From positions 1,488,001 through 1,552,000 of the forward strand of contig JBHGNT010000012.1 in NCBI GenBank assembly GCA_043228905.1: DNA of 64,000 nt, given 5' to 3'. Positions 1-13,265 of this stretch are shown one piece after another; position 1 is the stretch's first letter, and each line of letters starts with the position of its first letter. This DNA comes from Azolla caroliniana. Its lineage: Eukaryota > Plantae > Polypodiophyta. The notes below the pieces were generated by a model, which was not told where the DNA came from, did not search any database, and saw only the letters and a program-made list of their open reading frames with translations. A program made the translations under genes and the position numbers.

Positions 1-2101
1 TGGGGCGTTGTACCATGTACACATGTTCCTCAAGCTCACCTTTGCAGGAACGCATTCTTTACATCCATCTGATGTAAGTACCACCCCTTTGCCGTAGCTA
101 CCACGAGCAAAACACGGACGGTCATCATCTTCGCGACCAGCACAAACATCTCATCGTAGTTGATGCCGTGTTTCTGCGCGTAGCCTTTCGCTACTAACCG
201 AGCCTTGTATCGGTTGACCGAGCCGTCGGTGTTGTACTTGACTTTGTAAACCCACCTACATCCGATCGACTTCACACCCTTCAGTGTGTCAACCAAGTCC
301 CAGGTCTCGTTTTCCGCCAATGCGTGCATCTCTTCCTCCATCGCGGCACGCCAATTCGCGTCCTTAGCCGCTTCTGCGTAGCTCTCCGCCTCACGCACTT
401 CCGCTACATGGGTTATGTACACATAATGATGTGCCATGTACTCGTTGTATCCGAACCGCACAACTGGGTTCTTCTAGCGGGTAGATCGGCGTAATCGGTC
501 ATTAGCCGATGTCGAGGTCTTCCCGGCCGACACAGACTTCGCTCTTGAAGACCCATCACCGCCTCCCTCGGAGTCGGACTCGTGTCGGTCTGACTCGTTC
601 CTATCCGTGCCGGGATCCGACACCTTCTTCCCTTTCTCTTTGCGCGTAAGCCGTCTCCTCGGCTTCCTGCGCGGGGAATGCACGACCGAGTCTCCACTAC
701 TTGCCGACTCTTCATCAGACTGGTCGTACCGACTCAATCGTTCATTCGATCCACTTAACCGAAACGAAATCGGACTCTCTTCGCGGTCCCAATTTCCAGC
801 TCATCCAGAGACATCTCGGCCTCGCTGACCTCATCGTCAGAACTCAGATTGGAGGTGAGGTTCGGAGTCGGGGGCAAGTACCAGGACGCGGACTCGTCAA
901 ACACAACGTTGCGGCTCACGCGCGCTTGTTTGGTGCGTGGGTTATAGCACTTATAGCCCTTCTGCTCGTCCGAATAGCCGACCAAGATACACTTCTCGAC
1001 TTTCGCGTCCAACTTCCTCCTTTTCTCATTCGGCACATGCACATACGCAATGCTACCGAAAACTCGTAAGTGTCGCAAGTTCGGCTTTGTTTCGAAATAT
1101 TGCTCGTGCGCCGACACTTTGTCTCCGATCTGGTTTTGGATGTATACCACGGTCCTTACCGCCTCAGCCCAGTAGAACTTGGGCAAGCTCTTCTCTTCCA
1201 GCATTGCCCGTGCCACTTCCACAACCGATCGATTTTTCCTCTCGGCCACGCCGTTTTGCTCCGGCGTGTATCTACAACTGAATTCACGCTAAATTTCCAT
1301 CTGTTGTAGATAACCGTTGAATTGACCAAAAAAGTATTCTTTTCCGCCATCCAACCGCAGGCACTTGATCTTTCTTCCTGTTTCCGTTTCCACGAACCCT
1401 TTGAGGTCCCAGAAACAGTTGAAGACTTCGCTTTTCCTCTCAATGAGGTAGATCCACGCGTGCCGCGGGTATTCGTTGATGAAGGAGACGAAGTATCGGC
1501 TCCAACCAAGACTAACGTTTTGTGCCGGCCCCCACACATCAGAGTGTATCAAGTCGAGCTTGTTCCGGCTCCGGTTATGCTCGTTGGGGAATGGAAGTTG
1601 GTGTTGCTTCCCAAGCTGGCAGGCTTCACAAATTTGTGCCTTCTGGCCACTAAATTTGGGCAATCCGATCACCACTTGTTTCGATTGCAGGTCTTGAAGC
1701 CGCTGGTAGTTGACGTGGCCTATCCGTTTGTGCCATAAGTCGATGTCCGACTCGACTTTTTGTCCCTTCGCGAACATTGCGGTGCCACCATCAGTAGAGT
1801 CGAGGATGAACATCCTCCCATCCCTTCGCCCTTACGCAATAATACGGCCTTCTTCCTCAATGAAGCACCTGAGGTGTGTAAACCAAACCTGCATCCCCTG
1901 GTCGACGATCTGCCCGACCAACACCAGATTCTTCGTGATGGTCGAGACGTGTAACACGTTCATAAGTTTCCCTTTCTGCCCGACATGGCTCAAGGGAACT
2001 TCACCGACATTCGCGATCGGATGCGAAGTGTCGTCTCCGGTTGCGACTACTCCTGGTTGCGTCGGTTTCTCAAGGTATGAGAACCACTCCTCGTGGCACG
2101 T

Positions 2102-2792
2102 TGTCGCATTGTTACGCGCGTGCGTGGAGAACGAGGCAGGACCACCGGGGTCTTGGACCGAGAAATAGCTGAGAAGGAGGAGAACGGAAAGGCAACGGAC
2201 ACACTTGCACACGCACATACACAGGAGCACACAGGAATCGCAGTCCAACAACACAACAAAACGGGACGACTAGAAGTCCGAGTATATGAACACGTATGTA
2301 TATAAATATATGTATATATCAAGATGGTTACAACTAATAGGCCGGCAAGGCGAACACCGCCGCCTGTTCACCCACACACAGAAGAGCGAGATGGAGACTT
2401 TGCCGGAAGCACACGGGCATTCCACAAAGCAGAGTCAGCCTCCCTAAAACCTGCACAAAATGGCTATGGAGAGTGGCAGAGGAGAAGGGCTCGGTCCCAG
2501 TTCGGCAACACTTCGTCCTCTCTAACGCGCGATACTTTTTTCATTCCTCTCCCTCTCTTTTATAGCCCAAGGAGGGAGGTTGTTATCATCCGTTACATCA
2601 CACTAATTCTCTGTCCTTTCAGACAGAGATACACCTCGATTCTCTCCCTATTGAATGCGTGCTACCTAGGATTTCATGTCAGCCGACTTGTACCTACCTA
2701 CTTACCATACAACGAAAAGTGTGCTCGCGTGTAAGGGCCGGTTTACACACACTAAACTCGGTTTCCGCCTAGGGACGGTTTTCTTCACGACA
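2102..2792 (-). mobile_element. Solo LTR (691 bp) inserted in the protease of Copia A
   Basis: Termini TGTCG...CGACA with 4-bp TSD ACGT (2098-2101 / 2793-2796). Removing it restores the in-frame peptide H-M-T-C-H-E-E-W-F. Confidence 0.9.
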
Positions 2793-2957
2793 ACGTCATG
2801 TGGTTTGACGCGCCGGAGTTGACGTACCACATCTTCTCCGACTTCGGGGTGATCTTCTTCATTGAGTTTGCTTCGTGTCTCGTCACGAAGACTGGCCCTT
2901 TTCTGGCTTCTCCGGATCGTTCGGCGTAGTGCGATCGTTGCCGATTTCCTTTGACGG

Positions 2958-3821
2958 TGTCGAGGTATTCCTCGCGGATGCGTGGAATGAGGCGGGACCT
3001 CGGGGGTCCTGTACCGAAGAGCAAGAGAGGAAGGAGAAGAGACCCTCTACGTGCGAGCGTAGATCCACAGGGACATGGCCCTTCGACGCAAAGACGCAAG
3101 TGGGACAGCGACACAGAAAGACACGAATGTATGTATGTATTAACAAAGACAAACAACAAAAACACGAAGTCGGTTACAACCGAACAGGCCGGCGAACAGA
3201 TGCCGATGCCTGTTCGTAAACGCACAGAAGGAGAAGAGTAGGTTGGAGATGCTGCCGGAAGCACTCGGGCATTCCTCAGAGCAACGCGAGCCTCCCGAAA
3301 CCTGCACAGAAAGCAACCACGGAGTTTGCGAGCCAGAGAGAGAGAGAGAGAGAAGCCTTCGCCCACAAACCGACAGCACTTCGTCCTCGACTCTCCGCGA
3401 TCCCTTCCTCCTCCTCGTCTCCCTCCTTTTATAGGCCAGGAAGGAGCCGTTTCCCCTTTACTTCTTACCTACCGAATCTACCTACCTAGGATCTCCTATG
3501 TACAACGTAAAGCGCACGTGCATGAAGAGCCGGTTCCTACGCTCCGGTGCACCGATTCCGCTTGTGGACGGTTTTCTTCACAACATCTGCCCCCACCTAA
3601 CCGCGCATCCACCGGCATGCGCCAAATTGAGTTGAGACGGAGAAAACCGGTCCAGCCTTTATTCCCCGCCCGTCGGTTCTTCTTCGGTTTCGGATCGTTC
3701 GTCATCCCGGTCCAGGTTATCCGGATCCGGCTCGTCGTCGTGACGCTTCTTGAACGCTTTGACCCGCTTCCCAGCTACCGGTATCGCCACTCTCGTGCCG
3801 TGGACGGTTTTCTTCACGACA
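2958..3821 (-). mobile_element. Solo or near-solo LTR (864 bp), same family as 2102-2792, with an internal PPT and second LTR terminus
   Basis: Termini TGTCG...CGACA with 4-bp TSD ACGG (2954-2957 / 3822-3825). It shares the end GGACGGTTTTCTTCACGACA with 2102-2792. An internal copy of that end finishes at 3585, next to a PPT-like tract (minus strand TTAGGTGGGGGCAGA, 3586-3600). Confidence 0.85.
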
Positions 3822-4598
3822 ACGGTCTGTCTGGAACCTCTTCCGGACCTGGTTCTCTTGGAATCGGCGCATTTTTTCTAGCACTCGCTCTCCCTGTGGC
3901 CTTTCTTTCCACGGTACTAGCATTCCGCGACGGATTTTCCTTGCCGGTTCTCGTCGCCTCGACTCCCCCTGTTTTCGGAGGGTCCGGAATTGCTGTCGGC
4001 ATCACTTCGGTGCCTTCTTCCTTGATCCCGTCGACCGCCTCCATTGCGTACCGACTCACCTCGTCTGCCACGACCACAGGGCCTCTCTCCCTCTGTGTAC
4101 AACATCTTGTTGTCGGCATGCGTGCTTGTCGACGCACCCACGTGGTTCTCCTCTATAAGGAGCATCGACTGTAAGTCGAAAAACGACGGCGTATTCTCCC
4201 GGGTACACACATAAGTTCGGAACGCATCGAACTTTGACGCCAAACCCCCGAGACAGACCTGAACCATCTCGCTTTCCTTGATGTTCACATCGATGGAAGC
4301 TAAGGAGTCGCATATGTCCTTGATCTTCGAGGTATAGTCAGCCACTGACAAATCGCGTTGTCGTAGGTTGCTCAACTCCTGTTGAAGCTGAAGCTTCCTG
4401 GCTGTGGTGCTCGCGGCAAAGATCTTCTTCAAATTTTCCCACGCACCTTTCGGCGTTTTTGCATCTCGAACGTAGCTTAACAGCTGTTCGCCCACACAAG
4501 ACGCGAAATAGTACAACACTCTGCTCGCCGATTGTTCCCATGTCGAGAAGTCTTTGTGTGTCGAATCGGGTGTTGTGTCATTTGCTCCAGTAACTATG

Positions 4599-7500
4599 AC
4601 ATAAGGAAGTTGATTTGATGAAGGTATTGTGTTATCTTTGAATGCCAAGCACGCGGTGCTTGCTTGAGGCCGTAGAGTGGCTTCTTGAGTCGGCATACAA
4701 CTTTCGGATGGGTGGTGCTCGAGTTGAAGCCGGGTGGTTGTATCATGTACACCTCCTCTTCTAATTCGCCTTGTAGAAAGGCGTTCTTGATGTCCATTTG
4801 ATGGAGGTGCCACCCTTTCGTGGCGGCAAGTGCAATTACGGTCTGTACTGTCGTCATCTTTGCCACTGGGGAAAAGGTCTCCTCGTAGTCAACTCCGTGC
4901 GTTTGGGCGTAGCCTTTCGCTACGAGTTGACGGAACCGTCGGCGTTGTACTTCACTTTGTAAATCCATCTACATCCAATCGCCTTTTTGTGTGGTGAGGT
5001 GGGAACAAGATCCCATGTCTCGTTCTTGCATAGTGCCTGCATCTCCTCGTTCATTGCTTCGATCCACCGTAGATCCTTGGCTACTTCGGAAAATGTTTCC
5101 GGCTCGCGTACTATTGCCACCTTCATCTTGCCACCTTCATCATAAAGGCATAGTGATATGCCATGTAGTCGTTGTAGCCGAATCTGCTGACCGGATTCTT
5201 TTCACGGGTGGAGCGATGAAGCTTTTCATTTGCAGAGATGAGGGCTTTCTTAGCTCCGATTGGTACATCAAAGCCGCCGAACTCACTGTCGAGTGAGTGA
5301 GTCTACTCATCGTCGTTGAAGCAATCGTCTTCGTATTCCGTCATTTTCGCCTTTCCTTTGTCTATCTTCGGGCTAGGCCGTGATGTGCTTTGATCGCTCA
5401 AAGGCTCTTGTGGTCCGCTCAATCGGGTCGTGATCGGACTTTCTTCGAACATGCGCGTAAGGCGATCTTCATCCTCTATCTCTTGTTCGGCAGATTCCGG
5501 GTCGAGCGGAGTCGGAGTCGAAGTTGTCTCTGGTGCGTACCAGGATGCGGACTCGTCAAAAACGACGTCTCGACTTACTCGAGATTTTCGAGTTGAGGGG
5601 TTGTAGCACTTGTATCCCTTTTGCTCCAGTGAGTATCCTACGAGGATACATTTCTCCGACTTCGAGTCAAGCTTTTGACGCTTCTCGTCGGGGATGTGCA
5701 CATACGCTATCACGCCGAATATCCAGGTGTGCGATAAATCCAGCTTCTTTCCGAAGTATTTTTCGTGCGGAGTGACCTCGTGCACTCCGGATGTTGTGCA
5801 CTGGTTCATTAGGTAGACGGCCGTATTTGTAGCTTCGGCCCAATATGACTTGACCATATGCTACTCGTTCATCATGGTCCGCACTACTTCGAGGATGTGC
5901 CGATTTTTGCGTTGGGCAACTCCGTTTTGTTGCGGAGTGTGTCGGAAAGTGAATTCTCGCCGAATTCCTTTCTTTCGGAGATACGCCGTGAAATCGTCCG
6001 AGAAGTACTCCTTGCCGCCATCCGATCGAAGGCATCGTACATGATGACCAGTGGCTTTTTTGACTTCGTTTTTAAACCTTTGGAAGTTTCTGAACACTTC
6101 GCTCTTTTGTTGCATCGGATAGAGCCACGTGTGCCTAGAGAAGTCGTCGATGAAAAGCACGTAATATCGGCATCCGCCGAATGTAGCCGTTTGCGCCGAT
6201 CCCAATACGTCAGAATGGACTACGTCGAGTAGACCTTTGCTCACATTCCGCGCTTTCGGGAATGGGTGTCGGTGTTGCTTGCCGAATTGGCACGCTTCGC
6301 ATACACCTTCAATCTCCTTCTCTTTGAATGTCGGGAGTCCGATGACGACTCCTTTCGATTTCATTGCTTTGAGTTTGTTGAGATTGATATGGCTGATTCG
6401 CTTGTGCCATAGCTCTATGTCGGAGTCGGCTTTCGTGCCTTTTGCGAACATGGCGGATTTCATCTCGTGTCAATCGAGAATGAACATCCGACCCTCTCTT
6501 CTTCCGAGCACGATGATTCGGCCCTCTTTTTCAATGAGGCACCCTTCTTGGTCGAATCGTATTTGCATCCCTTGCTCAACCATTTGGCCGACCAAGACCA
6601 AGTTCTTCGTGATGGTGGGAACATGGAAGACATTTTTAATGTATGTTTGCTTACCTCTTTCGACGAACGGAACATTGCCGATGTGCCGAATCGGGTGCGT
6701 AGTGTCATCTCCAGTTTCGACATAACTAGGTCGCTCCGGCTCTCGAAGTTCGAGAAACCATTCTTTATGAGATGTCATATGGTTTGAGGCTCCAGAGTCA
6801 ACAAACCACACATCCTCCGGATTGAGGGCACTAGTTGAGGTAGAGGCCGACATAGAGTTTGCTCTATGTTTCATCATGAACATTCTGCCACGGTCGGAGT
6901 TGTGTACATACATTCCGCCACGATCTTCGGAGTCGGAGTTGTGCTCGTACATTTAGCTATACTCTTCGTAGTCGGAATTGTGCGCGTAATTCGTGAGTTG
7001 TCGGCTTGTGGAAGCCGATTCGTGCATCTTCTTTCGGCACTCTTCTTCGTGGTGGCCGAGCTTTCCGTAATATCCGCATTCGGTTGCGTTTTGACGGCTC
7101 GGGCCGGAGTGGAAGCTCCCCCTTCTTGTGAAGGTTCCTCGTTAGCTTCCGTTTTGCGGCCGAAATAGGGAGTTGTTGTCGTAGGTCGGACCTTGTCCGC
7201 CTTGTCCTTGGCCGAATCGGCCTCTCGCTCGTCCGCGTCCTCTTCCTCCGTTCGAGTGCGTGTAGATCATGTGGCCTTCCGACTCATTGCTCCTTGTACG
7301 CACGTGGTTTTCTTCAACCAATAGCATTGATTGGAGCTCGAAGAAGGAGGGAGGTTTCTCCCTTGCTAGAACGATGGTTCGCATCGCGCCGAACCGTGGT
7401 GCGAGGCCGCCAAGGCATATTTGCACCATCTCATCGTCATCGATATTTACGCTTATCGAGCCAAGTGAGTCGCAAAGCTCCTTGATCTTCAAGGTGTATG

Positions 7501-8418
7501 TCGTGATGGACATGTCCCTTTGTTGAATGTTGTTCAACTCTTGGCAGAGTTGAAGCCTTCTTGCGGTTGTGTTCGACGCAAAAATCTTTCGTAGATTTTC
7601 CCATGCCTCCTTCGGCGTCTTGGCTTCGCGAATGTAGCTGAGCATGTGATTGTGAACACATGTCGCCAAGCAATACATCATGTGGCTTGCGGCTTGCGGC
7701 TTGCTCCCATGTCGCATATCCGGGAGTCGTTTCGACGGGTCGGTCTTCGTGCGCTCCTTTGATGTAGCTCCAATAGCCTTGTCCGACAAGGTATTGGTGC
7801 ATCTTGTACTCCCAAGATGCAAAGTTGTTTCGATCCAACTTCTCAGTAGGGAGAGCGCTCCCCATTTGAGTATTCATTATGTCGATTCTTCTTCTTCTTC
7901 TTCTCTTTTCGAATGCGAGCTATGTAGCGAAGCTACGATAGCGATGAGCCGATTCTTGGTTGTCGGAGTAGGACACAACGCACGCGTATGGGCTATATCG
8001 AGCTACCAAATCGCTTTGATACCATGTAAAGAATCAAGAGATGGATTCTTGTGTAGCGGAAGAGATGTGAACTATGTGTGTATATGAGAGAGCGAGAGAG
8101 AAAGTGAGAGAGACAATGAGTAAGACACAGAGAATACGCAAGGTAAAGTATATTAACAAAGGAGAAAGACTCAACATTATACAAGGTGGGAGGAGGGTGC
8201 TTTATATAGTCACCCTCTCTCTTCATTAACTACAAGACTCATGGAGCATGGGGAATGTGAAAGCTCATAAGTTATGTGTCATAGAATATGATTCTATGAC
8301 TCATACTAAATGCTAGAATACAAAGTGGTGACATAATGGTGACTCTTGACCGTTGGAGTCTCTATTCACTCTCAAGGTGAGTTCACACACTAGACCAAGT
8401 TGAGCTTGATTCTCAACA
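4599..8418 (-). mobile_element. Ty1/Copia element B (5' LTR, PBS, gag-PR-IN, truncated RT)
   Basis: Gag (EKLDRNNFASWEYKMHQY, 7877 downward), PR (WFVDSGASNHMT, ~6800), IN (5303-6463) and RT ending at ITQYLHQINFLMS. PBS TGGTATCAAAGC at 8013-8024. Confidence 0.92.
8025..8418 (-). repeat. 5' LTR of Copia B (394 bp)
   Basis: TGTAAAG...CTCAACA directly next to the Met-i PBS. Homologous to the split LTR at 23426-23792 + ~31172-31262. Confidence 0.88.
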
Positions 8419-8843
8419 GGTTGGTATCCGATTATGATGGTATTCGGTTCTCTCTTGTACTCCCCCTCGGGCTTGGCAAGTTAGTGATTGTCAATCCAAG
8501 GTCTGACATGAATTGCCGAAGCTTGTCGGCTCTTAGGGCTTTGGTGAAGATGTCGATTGTTTGAATGTTCGTGTTGATGTGTTGAAGATCGAGATCTCCA
8601 ACTTGAACGCACTCTCAGATGAAGTGATAATGCACTTCGATATGCTTCGTGCGTGCATGGAACACTAGGTTTCGAGGTAGATAAATATTGCTCATGTTGT
8701 CGTAGTAAAGGGGAGTCGAATCCTTGATGGGAACGCCCAAATCCTTCAAAATTCGCTTTAGCCAGACGGCTTCACATGCAGCCACCGTTGCGCCCCTGTA
8801 TTCAGCCTATGTGCTCGAAAGTACGATAGTTGGTTGCTTCTTG

Positions 8844-9292
8844 TGATGAGATATCAATCTCAACTTAGTTTAGCTATTTAGTCAACCATGTAACTTAGTA
8901 GTTATATAACTAGAATCTAGTTAGAAGTGTTGACATGAAACCCTTAAATAGGATTTTGTACTTGTACATAAGTGGGGATACATTCTAGATCCTCTCCTAC
9001 CAAGTATATTTAATATAGGACTTACATCCTTGTACCTATATTCTACTCACACATGTGCACCTTTGCACATGAGTTATATATATATACCTCATTGTGGGTA
9101 TTTTTGCATTTGATGATGCTTTTTGATATACACTCTCCTTAGTCATCCCCCATTTATATTATTGTTCATAAGTGTAACTTCCTCTCTCTTCCTCTCACAC
9201 ACATACACACACATATCACATAACCTTTCGCTGCTTAACTACTCACATAATTAGTCACGAGTTAACCCTAGTTAATTGCCTAATTATTAACA
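8844..9292. mobile_element. Solo LTR (449 bp) in the RNase H of Copia C
   Basis: Termini TGATGAG...TTAACA with TSD TCTTG/TATTG (1 mismatch). It interrupts the SSK|KQPT codons. A TATA-like run and CT/CA microsatellite suggest + orientation. Confidence 0.75.
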
Positions 9293-12200
9293 TATTGCTA
9301 CTCCGAGAGAGAAAACAAATCTGGAGGTCGATAGCCAGTCCAATCGGCATCTATGTACCCTTCAAGTCAAATTGGCATTGTCGTCTTGTAGAGAATGTCA
9401 CAATCCATTGTGCCGCTCACGTATCGTAATACTTGCTTAGTGCAATCCAAGTGAATGTCACGTGGTTTTTGCATGAATTGGCTAAGGAGACCAACCAGGT
9501 AGCTGAGGTCAAGTCGAGTGATTGTGAGATAGATGAGGCTCCCGATCAATTGTTGATATTGAGTCGGCTTGCATTCTTCCATGCCGGAGTCGCCAACTAG
9601 CTTTAAGTTCCAATCGAGAGGGGTTGCCACATATTTGCACTCAGTCATCCCGAACTTGTATAACAAGTTGAGGATGTAGTGTCATTGGGAGATCATAATG
9701 TCGGGTAGAGTCTGAATTACCTCGATGCCAAGGAAGTAATGGAGCTCTTTCATGTATGTCATCTCGAATTTGCCAGAGAGGAGGGACTTGACCTTGTTGA
9801 TGTCAACTAGATTTTAAACTCTAAAGACCAGATCATCCACATCCAGGATGATGACAATTGGACTTTCGGAATCGCTTCTTACATAGAGGGAGTAGTCAGA
9901 TTTTGACATTTTGAAGCCGATTTGATGAAGATACTGAGTGATATTTGAATGCCAAGCACAAGGTGCTTGCTTGAGTTCGTACAGTGGCTTCTTGAGACGA
10001 CAAACTGCTTTCGGATGGTTGTTGGATTCGAAGCTGAGAGTGGTTGGACCATGTACACCTCTTCTAATTTGCCTTGGAGGAAGGCATTCTTTATGTCCAT
10101 ATGGTAGAGGTCACCCCTTTCGCCACTGCAAGTGTTATCATGGTCTGCACTATCGTCATCTTTGCCACCGGGGCAAAGGTTTCTTCATAGTCAACTCCAT
10201 GTGTTTGTGTGTATCCTTTCACTACGAGTCGAGCTTTGTAGTGATTGACAGAGCCGTCGACATTATACTTCACCTTGTAAATCCATCTGCAACCAATCAC
10301 CTTTTTGTGTGGTGAATGGGGAACGAGATCCCATGTCTCATTCTTGCATAGTGCTTGCATCTCCTTGTTCATTGCTTCGACCCATTGTGAATCCTTGGCT
10401 CCCCCTTGGCTACGTCAGAAAAATTTTCCAGTTCTCGAACTGTCGCCACCTTCATCATAAAGGCATAATGATATGCCATATAGTCGTTGTAGCTGAATTG
10501 ACTAATCGGATTCTTCTCTCGGGTGGAGCAATGGAGTTTTTCGTTTGCCACAACAATAGCTTTCTTCAATCCAGGTGTCCTCATAATAGGTACATCGAAG
10601 CCACCGAGCTCATTGTCGAGTGAGTGAATCAATTCGTTGTCGTCGAATTGATCGTCTTCGTATTCCGGTATTTTGGCCTTGACTTTGTCCATCTTCGGAC
10701 TTGACCGAGATGTGCTCCGGTCGCTCAGGGGCTCTTGTGGCTCACTAAGCCAGGTCGTGATCGGACTTTCTTTGAACATATGCCTCAATCAATCTTCGTC
10801 TTCTATCTCTTGGTTGGCCAAGTTCGGGTCGATTGGGGTTGGAATCAGAGTCATCTCTGGTTCGAGCCACGTTCATCAAAGACTACATATTGACTCACAC
10901 GAACCTTCCGAGTAGAGGGGTTGAAGCATTTGTACCCCTTTTGCTCTAGTGAGTATCCTATGAGGAGACATTTCTCCGACTTAGGATCTATATTTTGCCG
11001 CTTCTCGTTGAGGATGTGCACGTATGCAAGTGAGCCGAATATCCTAACGTGGGATAGGTTCGACTTTCTTCCATAATATTTCTCATGAGGTGTTACATCA
11101 TGCACTCCAGATGTTGTGCACCAGTTCATGATGTAGACATCAATATTTGCTGCTTCGGCCCAATATGACTTCCGCATGTGTTTCTCGTTTAGCATGACCC
11201 TTGCTACTTCGAGGATGTGTCGATTCTTCCGTTCAGATACTCCATTCTATTGTGGTGTGTTTTGAAACGAAAATTATCGCTTGATTCCTTCTTGTTGAAG
11301 GTATGTCATGAATGCATCGGAGAAGTATTCCTTGCCTCCATCTGACCGAAGACATCGTACTTGCCGACCTATTTCCTTTTTTACTCCATTTTCGAATTTT
11401 TGGAAGTGTGCAAACACTTCACTCTTCTGCCTCATGGGAAAGATCCAGGTGTGCTTGGAGAAGTCGTCGATAAAGGTCACGTAATATAGGCATCTGCCGA
11501 ATGTAGCCATTTGAGCCAGTCCCCACACTTGTAAGTGGATCACATCTAGGAGGCCTTTGCTCACGTTTCGCTCTTTTGGAAACAGTTTCCGATGTTGTTT
11601 GCCGAATTGGCAGGCTGCACATACACCTTCCATCTCTTTCTCCTTGAAGATCGGGAGCCCGATGACCACTCCTTTCGATTGCATTGCCTTGAGTTTATTG
11701 AGATTGATGTGGCCAATTCTCTTGTGCCACAACTCTATGTCTATGTCGGCTTTGAGACCCTTTGCAAACATGGTCGATTTCATCTCGTGCGAATCGAGAA
11801 TGAACAATTCGGCCTTCTCTTTGTCCACGAGCGATGAGTCGGCCTTCCTTCTCTATGAAGCAACCACCTTGGTTGAAACAGACTTGCATGCCTTGCTCCA
11901 CAATTTGGTCAACTTAGAACACATTTTTCGTGATGATAGGTACATGCAAGACATTTTTAATGTATGTTTAGGTTGCTCTCTTTCCCAAATGGGACATTGA
12001 TGATATGTCAAATCATATGAGTAGTGTCGTCTCCTGTTTCGACATAGCCAGGTCAATCTGGCTCTCAAAGTTCTCAGAACCATTCTTGATGAGATGTCAT
12101 ATGGTTTGAAGCACTGGAGTCGACGAACCATACATCTTCCAGATCGAAGGCACTACTCGAAGTAGAAGCCAACATAGAATTTGCTCTATGTCTCATTATG

Positions 12201-12851
12201 AACATTCCGCCATGGTCGTCATAGTCGGAGTTGGTGGCGTAATTGGTTAGTTGTCGGCTTGTGGAAGCCGACTCATGCTTCATTTTTCGACACTCTTCTT
12301 TGTGGTGGCCGCATTCGATTGAATTTTGTCAGCTTGAACCGGCATGGAAGCTCCCCCTTTTTCCGAACATTCCTCAAGTGTTCCCGTTTTCTTGCTAAAA
12401 TTGGGAGTTGTTTTCATAGGTCGAACCTCGTCCACTTCATCCTTGGCCGAATCGGCCTCTTCTTGCTCGACCGTGTCCTCTTCCTCCGTCTGAGTGTGTA
12501 TAGAGCATGTGGCCTTCTGAGGCATTGCTCCTTGTTCGAACATGGTTTTCTTCAACCAACAACATTGATTGAAGATTGAAGAAAGAGGGAGGATTCTCCC
12601 TTGCTAGGACGACGATTCACATCGCGTCGAACCGTGGTGCGAGGCCGCCTAGGCATATTTGCACCATCTCATCATCTTCCACATTGACGCTTATTGAGTT
12701 GAGCGAGTCACAAAACTCCATGATCTCCAAGGTGTAGCTTATGATGGAAACATTCCTTTGTTGGATGTTGTTCAACTCTTGGCGGAGTTGAAGCTTTCTT
12801 GCGGTTGTGTTGGCCACGAAAATCTTTCTTAAATTCTCCCACACTTCCTTT

Positions 12852-13222
12852 TGTTGTATGTATGGCTGGACTAGCCGCAACACAGGTGTCTATCCGACAC
12901 TTCTCCAAAGGGGTGGTAGGGATAGGATGTTAATACACGCGTATGATAATTACACTTAAGCACAGACGAAGACAAGATTAATCAGCATAAGCAAAACTAT
13001 ATTAATTCTTCGCGCTTTCATTACAAAACATCGGATCCTTTTATAGGCATCCGGCCAGATTACAATCGGTGCTCGGTAAGCAACCGTTAACCGAAACCGA
13101 ATCGGTTCGGATCCGGATCGGTTACAACTACCGGATCCGTCCCTCCTAATAATTCTATTCCTATTTCTATATTTATCCGATCCGACCTTGCTTTCCCATT
13201 CGCCTTCTCTGACCGGCCAACA
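12852..13222 (-). repeat. 3' LTR of Gypsy element
   Basis: TGTTG...CAACA, matches 22636-23006. Confidence 0.97.
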
Positions 13223-13224
13223 CA

Positions 13225-13265
13225 TGGCACGCCCGTGGGAAAGTGCATTGCACTTCGAACCCACA
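13225..13265 (-). other. tRNA-Arg 3'-end-like motif (inverted PBS) occupying the PPT position
   Basis: Sense strand reads TGTGGGTTCGAAGTGCAATGCACTTTCCCACGGGCGTGCCA, 2 nt before the 3' LTR. There is no purine tract here. It matches 43826-43866 at 37/41 positions. Confidence 0.8.

Larger units (their letters stand above)
1..4598 (-). mobile_element. Ty1/Copia element A (degenerate; gag-PR-IN-RT, runs off the left edge, 5' end lost)
   Basis: ORF fragments give gag (WENLKKIFAASTT..., 3917-4590), PR (WYVNSGASNHMT|CHEEWF), IN (LWHKRIGH..CEACQLGKQ, HSDVWGP; 755-1813) and RT (YKARLVAKGYAQ, QMDVKNAFL; 36-461). There are multiple stops and frameshifts. The gag N-terminus is fused directly to the RT of element B near 4598. 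Confidence 0.92.

Noticed and set aside
8025-8418. LTR shared by tandem elements B and C
   Set aside because: No PPT adjoins it on the C side. B is better explained as inserted in C's 3' tail.
13225-13265. A real tRNA gene, or evidence that the element is plus-oriented
   Set aside because: Only the T-arm and 3' acceptor strand are present, with encoded CCA and an inserted hairpin. All ORFs and the canonical PBS define minus orientation.
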